Assembly: GCA_028534125.1 (NCBI GenBank) | Contig: CM052818.1 | Coordinates: 26,786,001 to 26,850,000 of the forward strand | DNA length: 64,000 bases | Reading direction: 5' to 3' | From: Lama glama | Taxonomy: Eukaryota | Shown here: in pieces, positions 13,764 to 25,490 of the stretch | How positions within the stretch are numbered: position 1 is the first letter of the stretch | Layout: the number at the start of each line of letters is the position of its first letter | Notes under the pieces: model-generated | Seen by the model: only the letters and a program-made list of their open reading frames with translations | Database searches by the model: none | What the model was told of the DNA's origin: nothing | Translations under genes and position numbers: made by a program

Positions 13764-14630
13764 GAAAAAATGCTCAATATCACTAATTATCAGAGAAATG
13801 CAAATCAAAACTACAATGAGGTATCACCTCACACCAGTCAGAATGGCCATCATTCAAAAATCCACAAATGACAAATGCTGGAGAGGGTGTGGAGAAAGGG
13901 GAGCCCTCCTACACTGCTGGTGGGAATGCAGTTTGGTGCAGCCACTGTGGAAAACAGCATGGAGATTCCTCAAAAGACTAGGAATAGACTTACCATATGA
14001 CCCAGGAAACCTGCTCCTGGGCTTATATCCAGAAGGAACCCTACTTCAGGATGACACCTGCACCCCAATGTTCATAGCAGCACTATTTACAATAGCCAAG
14101 ACACGGTAACAGCCTAAATGTCCATCAACAGATGACTGGATAAAGAAGATGTGGCATATTTATACAATGGAATACTATTCAGCCATAAAAAACAACAGCA
14201 TAACACCATTTGCAGCAACATGGATGCTCCCGGAGAATGTCATTCTAAGTGAAGTAAGCCAGAAAGAGAAAGAAAAATACCATATGAGATCGCTCATATG
14301 TGGAATCTAAAAAACAAAAACAAAAAAACAAAGCATAAATACAAAACAGAAATAGACTCATAGACATAGAATACAAATTTGTGGTTGCCAAGGAGGGGGA
14401 GGGTGGGAGGAGACAGATGGGATTTCAGAATTGTAGAGTAGATGGACAGGATTGTACTGTGGAGCACAGGGAGGTGTGCATGGGATCTTGTGGTAGCTCA
14501 CAGAGAAGGGAATGTGGCACTGGGTGTATGTATGTTCATGTATGGCTGAGGGATTGTGCTCTACACTGGAATTTGACACAACATTGTAAAATGACTATAA
14601 ATCAATAAAAAAAATGTTAAAAAAAAAAGA
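13764..14630 (+). mobile_element. Young L1, 3' end (ORF2 C-terminus, 3'UTR, poly(A))
   Basis: [33 protein letters not shown]...[18 protein letters not shown] is the L1 ORF2 C-terminal Cys-rich region; premature TAA at 14107-14109; AATAAA and poly(A) at about 14604-14630. Confidence 0.95.
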
Positions 14631-15019
14631 AAGAAAATGAAGGTGCACAGGGAGAGAACCTCAAACATCTGCAGAGGGAATCCCTCAACTATTTAACTGA
14701 ATGCAGATATGTGAATGCATGGAATAAAACTCCGCAAAGACAGCGTAAATCTCCATCAAGACAGGGAAAGGACCACTGAAAAGTAGTAAACCAAACAATC
14801 TTCCTGGACCTCATTCAGAGATTGAAATAGTTTGTGTTCCCACCAGCCAAGCTGGAGAGACCTTAATACCCAGGGCATTGGGTGGATTCCCCAGTATGGC
14901 CATATCTTAGCAGTGGGGCTAAATTATCCCTAGTGTAAATTACCCTACATCTCCTAACAAAAATTAAAAGCAAGCCTTGAAGGGATTAGAATGGACCCAA
15001 GTAATGTATTACTTAACTT

Positions 15020-17560
15020 ATTTTGCAAGTGCATGATTAGGTTTAATTGTGGAAGACAACCCTTTTATGCCTACGGTTTCCTGAGCTCTTGTATTCTGGC
15101 CATGGAAGAAACAGCAACCTGGTTATTACCTGTATGGCACCTGAAGCACAGTACACCCAGCTTGCTAAGTGTTATCTCCCACCTGGGGCTGTAACTGAGT
15201 CTTCAGTACCCCATCCCACTATTCTATAAGGTCAGCTGTTTTGGGGTGATAAGGTTCGTGATAAAACTATTGAATATCATGGTAGCCAGTGTACTGCCTC
15301 ACTTCTTTTTCTGTAAAATGGGTTCCTTAGCGAGGGACAGCATTATGGTGAACAAGATGCTTGGAAAGGCCAACAATGATGGTGCTGGCAGAAGCACTAG
15401 AGGAAGAAAAAGCAAGTCCACATCTGGAATAAATGTGTATGCCCCAGAGCGCAAATCCCTGCCCATTCCATGGTGGAAGGGCTCCACATAACCAATCAGC
15501 CACCAAGTGGCGGGCTGGTCACCCTCGGAGTAGGCATTCTGCACTGCGAGTTCAGTGTTGGATCTCTACTGTCGGAATACTGGGTGCTCAGCAGCCAGCT
15601 CAACCCTGATGAGAACTGTGTGTTGATGAACTCATACACGTCATCCATTCCTACTGCCACAGCTCCTCGTTTGTTTTGAACGAGCGCCGAGTTGCTGGGG
15701 AAAAGACTAGCTGGCCTCTAAAGAAGTTTTCTTGTATATTTGCTCTCAAAAGTCTCCACAGGAGTGGGTAGCTTTGATGAATCTTCACAAGGGAATTCAA
15801 TATGCTCATACTCTGTGTCCATTCCAAGTGATAACTCACATTCCTTTCCCCAGACCTCCTTATCATCATCCCTCAGATCTTGTTCCTTCCAAACCTCTGA
15901 ATAGCCACGTAAATTGCTAGCTACTGGTACTGTCCAAGCCACTAGCTTCCCCTCCTTCCAAGTGACAACTAAATGTACCAAAGTTCCGACCACTGGGAGG
16001 AGTTCCTTTCTCCCACTATCCTTTAGGGCCACCTCCTTGAGGGATTGTTAGAATTCATCAATCCACTTTCAGTTAATGCCAGTGTATTGTGCTTCACCTG
16101 AATTTTTCTTTCTCAGTCACCTGGTCACAAGGAACTCCCCATGAGATCAGAGAGGTGGGTTGACAGAGCTGGTGTGAGCGCCACAGGGGTCTTAGATATC
16201 TGCTCATGTAACACACCTATGGGCTGTACTACAAATGCCAGGAACAGTTAACCTAAAAATCTCTGGTGATCAAACCTGTTCAACTAGTGCTCTGACCCTG
16301 CTGCCCTTTTTGGGGGGGAGGAGGGTAGTTAAGTGTTGCCACATAGCATTTGCTTCTCTGGGAGCCATAATCCCCATGGAAATCATGTACTTTTTCAATG
16401 GCAACATCTCCCATCAACATTCCCCACCCAGAGTGGGCAGCTCTTATGGATCTTTTCAAGGATGCTAGTACATCCCGCTCCAATATATTTCTGAATGCCT
16501 GGTGAAGGATGGTCCTTTGAATCTTCTAGACAGCATGGCTACAAAGTGGAGGAAAGGCTGCATATGACTAATCTACTCCAATATTCTAGACGCCTTAAGT
16601 ATTTTTTTTTCCTTAAGTATTTTTGATTTCTTCATCTGTTTTACTTGGCACCACAATTTCATTTAATGTGGACCACCACTGAGTCCAGGTTATGGTAAAC
16701 CAGCTAAACAAATTCTTAGAACCATTCCTAGCTGCTGGAGCCAGCACACTGAGTGCATAATCTAAACTGTGTTCCTTATTTCATGTCACCTTTAGAGTCA
16801 TATTTATGCACTTTTCTTGCATTCCTGCTGATAAAAATGAAAAAAATCTTACAACTCATTTATTGTGTGAACTGTATCCTCTGGATCAGATCTTATCTGT
16901 ATCCTCTCAGGGTATTTTAGCATCCGACTCTAGTTCTGAGAGTGAAGAGATGAAGTAGGCATGGGGCATTTGGAAAATCAGCACCTCTTTGCAAGGTGAC
17001 TACTCCAGGCCCTTCAAGCTTGGCTATAGCAGCCTTATCCAACAACAGTAGAAGGACTGTGGAAACTCAGCAGAATTTGGGAGGGCAGTGGATTCATTCA
17101 AACCCACCCAAATTCCCAGAGCCTCATTCTTTCCCAGTCCATGGCCTCAGTGTTCATAGATGAGACCTGGTGAGCATGCAAATTAAAGTTGTATAGTAAT
17201 TTTGCTACCTGCAGCACTGGACTTTGTATCTGATTTTTGCCATGTCAACCCCGAGGCTACATGAAGTCAGAGGTTCATCTGGGGCAGCCGTAAAAGCTTG
17301 AGTCCTGACCATGCTTGACCTTGTCATTTTCTTTAAGCTGTCTTGGGCAATTCAGGGCTTTCAAAAAGTCAGAAAACTTCTCATTGCTACTGCCACTGAT
17401 GCTGAAAAAAACCACCTCACACCCACGAAGCTGGTAGATTCCTGCAAACAGCCACCATAGTTGGAGCTTTGTGACCTCAAAGGGCCACAGAAAGATGGCT
17501 CTGCCTCCTATCTGCCTTCCAAACCTTCTGTCAGTGCTTCACTCTAGGGAACTTAAATCA
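15020..17560 (-). mobile_element. Decayed ERVL/MaLR-type internal region with adjacent LTR-like sequence
   Basis: ORF 15718-16032(-) ALKDSGRKELL...VHLVV...VASNLRGYSEVWKEQDLRDDDKEVWG resembles the ERVL pol RNase H region; many frameshifts; boundaries approximate. Confidence 0.7.
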
Positions 17561-17714
17561 AGGAAAACATATACAGTGTTTGGTCATGGATACCCTGCAG
17601 TTGAGGGGGGGGGTGTAGAAGAGAAGTGGGAAAGGACGCCTAGAGCCAATGGCCAATATGTAATGTATACCTTAAGTCCATCTTGGCACCTCCCTTCCTC
17701 ACCCTAGCTAGGAT

Positions 17715-17850
17715 GTTGAGGTGCAGACTCCTGGCTCTACCTCTAGTTACCCTGCTTACTAGCTGTTACTTAACTTCTCTGTGCCTCAGTTTTCTCATCT
17801 GTTAAATGGGCATAGTCATGGCACCTACCTTGCGGCATTGCTGTTAAGTC
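17715..17850 (+). mobile_element. MIR SINE
   Basis: TTACTTAACTTCTCTGTGCCTCAGTTTTCTCATCTGTTAAATGGG core. Confidence 0.75.
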
Positions 17851-18576
17851 CTCAGCACACCTCAGTCACTGTGTCAAGGCACCAGGATTACTCTGGTAGT
17901 GTGTCATACTCCACTAGGTGAGTAGGATTTCTTATAAATCCAGGACTACTGGCAAGGGCTTTACTCGTAAACTCCAGATTCCACAGGGAGCAGGTGGCCC
18001 TCCTAACTGCTGGACTGGCTGGAACTTGGTACAGCGGCTGGCAAGTATCTGCTGAATGAATGGATGGATGGGTGGAAACAGATTGAAGTGAAATTACGTC
18101 CCCAGGCCTCTTCAGCCTTAGACTGGTACAAATGAGGGGGGGAGGGGTGCTTTGGTGGTTATGGGCAATCGAATCCTGGCTTTGCCCTAGGAGAGTTAAT
18201 TTACTCAGCTTCTTCTACTGTAAAATGGAGCCGATGATATCCACCTCCCCAACCCCATCCTAAACGTTTGCGTTGCAGAGGAAATGCAAGCATTGACCGC
18301 AGGGCCCGGTTCCGCGAGCGCCCGCCACGCCGCGGGCCTCAGAGACCTCCATGTAGTCCCCACCTGCCCCAGACAGTGGCCGATAACAGCCCCAGAAGCC
18401 AGAGTGGCGCCGCACGGTCCCTGCCGCGCCCCGCCGCGCAGCAGCCGCCCGCGAGTGCCCAGCCCGCCCCCGCAGCGCCTCCCGCGCCGCCGCCGTGTGG
18501 AAGCGCGATTTCCCGCGAACCCGGAGCCTGTGCGGACCTGTGAGGGCGCGTGCGGGAGGGGCCCGGGTGGTCAGGC

Positions 18577-18607
18577 AGGAAGGCGGAGTCCGCCGGGAAA
18601 CGAAACC
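18577..18607 (+). promoter_or_regulatory. EIF2AK2: KCS element (AGGAAGGCGGAGTCC) plus ISRE (GGAAACGAAACC) of the PKR promoter
   Basis: Near-identical to the known PKR kinase-conserved sequence GGGAAGGCGGAGTCC, immediately followed by a tandem GAAA ISRE. Confidence 0.9.
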
Positions 18608-18658
18608 GAGAGCGAGCCGCCCGGGCTGGTCGGGCTTCCGCCGACAGCAGCGCGGCTG
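18608..18658 (+). other. EIF2AK2: Putative non-coding exon 1 of EIF2AK2 (start approximate; alternative donors after 18841 and 18891)
   Basis: Donor CTG|GTGAGC just downstream of the ISRE. Confidence 0.55.
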
Positions 18659-20879
18659 GTGAGCGACGAGGGGCCTCCAGCCGGCAGCCAGCGCGGCGCG
18701 CCCCAGCCTCGTCCGCAGCCCGGGACTGGACGCCGGAAAGAGGTCCCTGACGGCTGCGCAGCCGCATCCCGAGCGCTGTCCGAGGCCCGCAGCCGAGATG
18801 CGGGGCCTTTCCCGGATCTAGAAAAAGGATCCTGCAGCGCGGTGAGAACTAAAAGCCATTTTCTTCCCGCGAAGAATTTTTAACCGAGCAGGTAATGACT
18901 GGCCCAGGCCCAAGTTAGGAGAGGAGTGGGGCGGGTAGTAGTGGAAAACGGAAAACGGCTTGACAGATGGGAAATACGGAGGCCTGAATTGCCCAAAAAA
19001 TTGGCTAAATAATCCCCGGCCAATTTAAATTCTATTTCCTAGACAGTTGGCAGTTGTTTTCCAATTGCTCGTCGCTAAACCCCCGCCCAACTCTGTCCCC
19101 CACCCCCACCTCTTCCCAACACCGCAGCAGCACGAGGGATCCTGTAAGTCAGAACAGGACACTCCTCTATCCAGATCTCCCCACCTCATCAGAACCCTTC
19201 ATGCAAGGCCCCTGCTCCTTACATTTTGACCACCCAGGCCTCTTTGCTGTTCTTGGGGCACAGCCAAGCACTGTTATTGCCTCTGGGCCTTTGCACTGCC
19301 TGTTTCTTCTTGGAAAGCTCTTTTCCTGGGTACTTGCATGGGCCAATCCCTGCTTTACCCTGCACTTCGTCTGATGTCACTTTGTCAGAGCAGCCTTCCC
19401 TGAATAACCTGCATGTAAAAGAAACCTCACCCTTCCCTCACTGTCCCCTGTTTTAGTTTTCAACATAATACTTATCCTGTGACATTTTTCATGGGTTTGT
19501 TCGTATTCCTCCACTAGTTAAGTTAACAAGAGTAGGGTTTTGTTCCCTAGTGTAAACTAGTATATAATAGGTATTCATTAAATCTTTGTTTAATGAGTGG
19601 TAATTCATACATTCTCTTGAATCCATTTCGGAATAATAAGACTTTCTATTGTCTGCCATTTCTTTACTACTAAAACACCTTGCTGAATGGAAGCTAAAAG
19701 ATACACTCTCTGCTGGCATTTAGGAACTTAGAATCTTGGGCAGATTGGGTTCTTGTTGTGTTTGCTTGTTTGAACCTGAGGACCCATAACACTGGATCTG
19801 TAGTTTATTTATTTAATTCATCAGATGCTAGTTGAATGCATGTTGTATGCCAAGCATTGTGCAGGCCCTGGAGGGGGCTAGGCTCACAAGGGCTCACAGT
19901 CTGCCCTAAGGAAATCAAGGCACAGCCAAAGTCACTTCTGGGCATGAGTAAGCTGGCTACATAATGTTTGTTAGTGATTATGATGGAGATTTCTTTTAGG
20001 AAAATGGTAACATAGTACTAAAATAAAATTTATTCAAAACAGTTGAAAAGAAACCTGCTATTTCTTTTTTCCATACTTGAAAGTGCTTTTTCAAACATGC
20101 CAGTTTAGCACCTTGTAAGTTGACACATATATTTCACTTAAATTCAAACTGGCTTGTCATTCTGAAGATCAGCAGTTACTTGGTTTTAAAAGTGCTGAAG
20201 ATTTAGGGCATTTGATAGAATTTCAGGTTAAATAATCGCTAAGGACTCTTCTGTAACTGCTGTTCTGAGATCTATTACCTCCTCCAATTAGATGTATCGT
20301 CTCATGGTTGAGACTAAACTAAATGACACTTTGGTTCCTGAAAAAAATCGTACAGCTGCAGATCTTTATCTGAAACCCTTGGGCCAGGTATGTTCTGGGA
20401 CTCAGAGATTTTTGGATTTTAGAAAGGCCAGACAGCATAAATCCTGTGTAGTAAGTAATGCTCTCAGTGGGGTTTGGGGCCAGCACTCCATTATAAAATG
20501 TGTTTCTGCAATAAAATGTGTAAGTAGACAACAGAATATGATTAAGACTCTACATAGCTCCTGTCAGTTCAGATCTAGGTCGGGGCTACACACCGACCAA
20601 AAACAGAACAAAAGAAAACAAAGTAAACCTCAGTTTTCAGTGCTTTTTGGATTTTGGAATTGTAGACCAGAAGTACCATTCATTGAGGGCCAGTGGTGTG
20701 AGAGACCCTGCTGGATGCTTTTTGTCCAATTTACTTCTTACAGCAACCTGTGAATCAGGTGTTTTCATTCCTGTTTTTGGATCACAAATCAAAGTTTCAG
20801 AGAGATGCTTAGCTCACTATGTGGCCCTGAAGCCTAGCTCCCTTCATACACTAAGTGGTGATGTGAAGGCGGCACCTTT

Positions 20880-21620
20880 CTCAGGTCTGAGCCCTTCTAG
20901 CCCCCTGCTTCCAGGCACCAGCATCGCTCACCCAAACCACTGCGGCAGCCTCCACTTGGTCTCCCAACTTCTACTCATGCTCCACTTGTCTTTTCTACAC
21001 CCGCCGCCCATACTCTGTTCTTTACATCCCATCGGAGCAATTATTACAAACATAAGACCAATCATATCACCCCTCTACTAAGAACCCTCCAATAGCTTCC
21101 CATTGCAAGTAGAATAACACCCACAGTCCTGACCATGGCCTTCAAGGTCTGTGTGCTATGGCACCTGCCCACCTCTCTGACTCATTTCCCACTGTTTGCC
21201 CTCATTTACTGTGCAGCAGCCTTCTTGGCCTTTCTGTTATCCCCCCAGAAGCCACACTGGGACCTGCCTGAGGGTTTCCTCTGCCTCAGATGTTCTTCCC
21301 CCATATCTCATTACAGGCTGGATTTAAATATTGCTTAAGAAGTGTTTCCTGTGCACTGTATCTAAAATCACCTCCCTCATGTCTCTGCCCCCACCTGCTA
21401 ACACCCCTTCTATCTCATACCCCTATTTCATTTCATCGTAGTATTTCCAGCCATCTGGTCATCATATTATGCCCTCCTGTTATTGGTTTCTGGACTTGGT
21501 CATTTTCTTTTTTTCTTCAGTGAAATGGGGGTATGGACTTGATTTGTCTTGTTCACATCTGTACACCCAGTGGCAGAGCAGTGTCTGACACTTGCTAAGC
21601 ATTTATTGCCTAAATGAAGA
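20880..21620 (+). mobile_element. L2 LINE fragment (others near 19150-19600 +, 23270-23875 -, 36710-37450 -)
   Basis: Pyrimidine-rich L2 3' hallmarks (CCCTCCAATAGCTTCCCATTGC, GATTTGTCTTGTTCAC...). Confidence 0.7.
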
Positions 21621-21929
21621 AAGGATGCATGGGAAACAGATGACAAAAAAGGAGAGGCGAGGAGGATTAAGTGGAGTAAGTGGAGAACTCAATTTTAATA
21701 AATCATTCTCTCATTTCCCTGTATACCATTCAAGTGAGTGTCAGTGATACAAAGATGAGTAAGACATAGAGCTGGCTCCCCAAAGAGCTTACTGATCAGT
21801 TTAAAAAGCAGTTGGGACTATGATGGGAGTTGGACCAGGTGGGTTGCAGGCCCATAGAGGGGTACTAGCTGCTCCCTCAGCATCAAAGAAGGATATATCG
21901 ATCTTCACACGTGAGTGGGAATTTCTGGG

Positions 21930-22610
21930 TAGACAGGGTGAGGATGTGGAGAAACTGGAACCCTTGTGCATTGCTGGTAGAAATAGAGTGGTGCAGCCAC
22001 TGTGGAAAATAATCTGGCAATTCCCCAAAAAGTTAAACATAGAATTACCATATGATTCAGCAATCACCGTTATTCACAATAGCCAAAATGGTGAAATAAC
22101 CCAAGTGTTCATCAACAGATGAATGGATTAACAAAATACGGTATATCCACACAGAGGAATATTATTCAGCCTTAAAAAGGGAAGGAAATTCTGACACGTG
22201 CTACAACACAGAGGAACACATTGAAGACACTGGGCAAAGTGAAATAACCAGACACAAAAGGACAAATATTGTATGATTCCACTTATATGAGGTACCTAGA
22301 ATAGGCAGATTCAAGAAATAGAAACTAGAATGGTGGTAACCAGGGGCTGAGGGGGGAAGGGAAATGGGAAGTTATTGTTTAAAGGATACAGATTTTCTGT
22401 TTGGGGAGATGAGAAGAATTTTGGAGATGGATGGTGATGATGACCTTACAACATTTTGTGAAAATGCTATTGCCTATAAATTGTACGGTTAAAAAAAGGG
22501 TAAATTTTATGTTACATGCAAATGTATACTGCCTTGAATTACACACTTAAAAATGGTAAAAAGGATCAGTTTCATGCTATGTATATTTTACAACAATGAA
22601 AAAAATTTTT
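21930..22610 (+). mobile_element. L1M-type 3' fragment
   Basis: GEDVEKLEPLCIAG...VQPLWK...IELPYDSAI ORF2 remnant plus L1 3'UTR. Confidence 0.85.
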
Positions 22611-22623
22611 TTAAATCATGATG

Positions 22624-23255
22624 AGTGGCGAGGATATAGCTCAAGTGGTAGAGTGCCTGCTTAGCAAGCACTAGGTCCTGGGTTCAATCCCCAGTACCTC
22701 CACTGAAAAATAAATACATATATACATATATACATATGTGCATACATAAATAAAGATAGCTAACATTTCCATCACTCCCCAAGAGGTAGGGAGATTTTTC
22801 ATAGTATACATTTTGCACTTTTTGAATTTTAAACCACATGAATGTTACATAATGATTAGAAACAATTTTTACTAGTTGAATTATTTGATGTTTAGACTGC
22901 TTATAGAAAGCTATATATGCACAGCTTTGATTAACTAAAAATTAATTTAAAAGATTCCCCTGTTACATAAGAAATAAAAGAACAAATTGTGCAATAAATA
23001 AATAAACTAATCACTTCCTCCCTGCACTAAATAAATAAATTAATTAATAAACAATTAAAAATTTTTTTAAATTAAAAAAAGATAAACAACAAGTTTATAC
23101 TGTATAGCACAGGGAACCATATTCAATATATTGCAGTAACTTACGGTTAAAGAATACAAAAACAAATATATGTATGTTCCTGTATGACTGAAGTATTGTG
23201 CTGTATACCAGAAATTGACACAACATTGTAAACTGACTATACTTCAATTAAAAAC
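22624..23255 (+). mobile_element. Composite camelid SINE + L1 3' end inside one TSD pair
   Basis: SINE head 22626-22705, SINE-tail-like 22995-23070, L1 3'UTR 23075-23255; TSD AAATCATGATG at 22613-22623 and 23256-23266. Confidence 0.75.
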
Positions 23256-23879
23256 AAATCATGATGGCTGCAACGTAGAGAAGGAATTGCAGTGGCTGTG
23301 AGGAGCTGGTTCTGAGGTTCTTGCAGCAGTCCAGGAGTGAGATGGTGATGGCTTGAACCAGGGTGGTGTCTACAGACATTGTTGAGAAGTGGAAGGATTT
23401 GGGGGGATGGGACTTAGGTATAGATCAGAAGGTAGGGAAAGGGCATGTCAAGGATGCCTCCCAGACTCATGGCTTTCAGACATGGTGGACAGTGGAGTCA
23501 TTTTCTGAGAAAGAAAACTCCAAACCAGCTTGAGGGAAGATTATAAATGCAATTTTGGATCTTTTGAGTTTGAAAGTCATTCAAGATGTCCAAGTGGAGA
23601 GATTCAATAGAGAGATCTGAAACTCAGAGAGAGATTCATAAATGATATATGAACTTTAGAGTTAATGACAAATAGATGATTGTTGAAATCATGGCCATGA
23701 GAGAAATCACCTTGAAGAGAAAGTATAGAATGAAGAGAATAGAGTCTTTGGACCAAGCTTTGGGGAAATCCAGCATTTAAAGGCTGTGAAGATTAAAGAG
23801 TGTTAGAAAGAAAGTGTGGCCATGAAAGAAGGAAAATCAAAAGAGCTTTCTGATAAGAAATGAGAGGTCAACAAGGTCG

Positions 23880-24820
23880 GCTTTCTGTCTCTATAGATTT
23901 ACCTATTCTGGATATTTCACATAAATGGAATCATACAGTATGTGATCTTTTATGTTTGACTTCTTTCATTTAGCGTATTTTTGACATTTAGCTATATTGT
24001 AGCGTGTTTCAATACTTGCTTCTTTTAAGGCTGAATAAGATTCCATGTGTGCATATGTAATGTTTTGTTTATCCTTCATCAGTTGGTAAGTATTTGATTT
24101 GTTTCCACTTTTGGGCTGCTGTGAATAGGGCTGCTGTGAACACTCCTGTATAAGTATTTGAAAACCTGTTTTTCAGTTCTTTGGGTGTACACCTGGGAGT
24201 GAACTTGCCGGATCATATGGTAATTCTAAATTTAACTTTTTGAAGAACAAAATTCTTTTCCATAGAGGCTGCTCTGCATTGCTTTACATTTCCGTCAGCA
24301 CTGTGTGAGGTTTCCAATCTCTGTATCCTCACTAGCACATTTACTTTCTGTATTATTACTGTTACCAGCCTAGTGGGTGTGTAGTGTTATCTAGTTGTGG
24401 TTTTGATTTGCATTTCTCTAATGACTAATGATATTGAACATCTTTTTCATGCGGTTGTTGGCCATTTGTATGTCTTCTTTGGAGAAATGCCTGTTCAAGT
24501 CCTTTGCCTACTCTTTCACTGGGTTGACTCTTTGTTGTTGAGTTGTGAAAGTTCTTTATATACTCTGGATACTAGACCTTTATCAGATATGTTATTTATA
24601 AATATCCCTTTCTGTAGATTATCTTTTCATTTTCTTCATAGGGTCCTTTGATATACAAACATTTTTAGTTTTGATGAGGTCCCATTTATCAGTTTTCTTT
24701 TGTTGCTTATGCTTTTACTGTCATAGTTAAGATTTCATTGCCAAATCTAAGGTTGTGAAGGTTCACCCTTATGTTTTCTTTTAAATTTTTATAGCTTTGG
24801 CTCTTATATTTAGATTCTAT
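23880..24820 (-). mobile_element. L1M-type fragment
   Basis: Antisense L1 ORF2/3'UTR hallmarks (GTGGTTTTGATTTGCATTTCTCTAATGACTAATGAT). Confidence 0.85.
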
Positions 24821-25076
24821 ATTCTTTAGATTTTGTTTATAATTTAAATCATTGCTACTGTCTCAGTCCAGTGGGAACCATAAACTGGGGCCATAATTTG
24901 CCTGCCAGCTAAATTGTCCTAAAAGTGACTTCTGCAAATTTCAAAGGGGGGGATTGGGAGATTTCATAGGAGAATCCATATAGCTAAATCCTTCATGATT
25001 TCATAAACTCCACTTCATATATATATTCTCAACCTCTTTTTTCTGAACATAAAGAATTCTAATTCTACTCCCGCAG

Positions 25077-25128
25077 GGGAAGCAGAAAGCAAAGTTAAAG
25101 AGAAAGACCGCCTGCATTTTTTGGCCAG
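25077..25128 (+). other. EIF2AK2: Putative non-coding exon 2 of EIF2AK2
   Basis: CTAAT branch-like motif, CTCCCGCAG acceptor and strong CAG|GTGAGT donor, 227 nt before the first coding exon. Confidence 0.7.
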
Positions 25129-25371
25129 GTGAGTTTTGAAAGTAGAAAATTTTGGAGAAATTACATTGATTGTGTTGTCCATGAGAGAGAAAGAAAGATT
25201 TTATAAGAAAGTTTTCTCTGGATTTATGAGGGGCTGAGATGGTTCATATAAAGTAGGGTCATCTTACCCTGTTTAGTCTCTTAAACTGAATTGGGAAAAT
25301 TAGGTTAAATATGTTCTGAGTGTATCACCTCTTTCAAACATCCTTTTTATTATAGTTTACTGGAGGAAGAA

Positions 25372-25490
25372 ATGGCCAGTGGACGTTCACCGTGTTTCTA
25401 CATAGAAGAACTTAATAGATACCAACAAAGGAACAATGCAGTACTTAGGTATTGTGAACTGTCTAGGACAGGACCTCCACATAACTCAAG
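25372..25490 (+). CDS. EIF2AK2: PKR exon 3, coding part ([19 protein letters not shown]...GPPHNS)
   Basis: Acceptor ends at 25355, Kozak GAAATGG, donor AG|GTAAAT; dsRBM1 N-half. Confidence 0.95.

Larger units (their letters stand above)
18260..18960 (+). promoter_or_regulatory. EIF2AK2: CpG island / EIF2AK2 promoter and first exon region
   Basis: Very GC- and CpG-rich, GC boxes, no obvious TATA box; contains KCS-ISRE. Confidence 0.92.

Noticed and set aside
15246..16483. Possible domesticated retroviral gene
   Set aside because: ERVL-like pol remnants are broken by many stops and frameshifts
18268..18883. Long ORFs (199 aa +, 142 aa -, 91 aa +) in the GC-rich region
   Set aside because: Low-complexity Pro/Ala/Arg/Gly translations, as expected from stop-poor CpG-island DNA; the region is the PKR promoter
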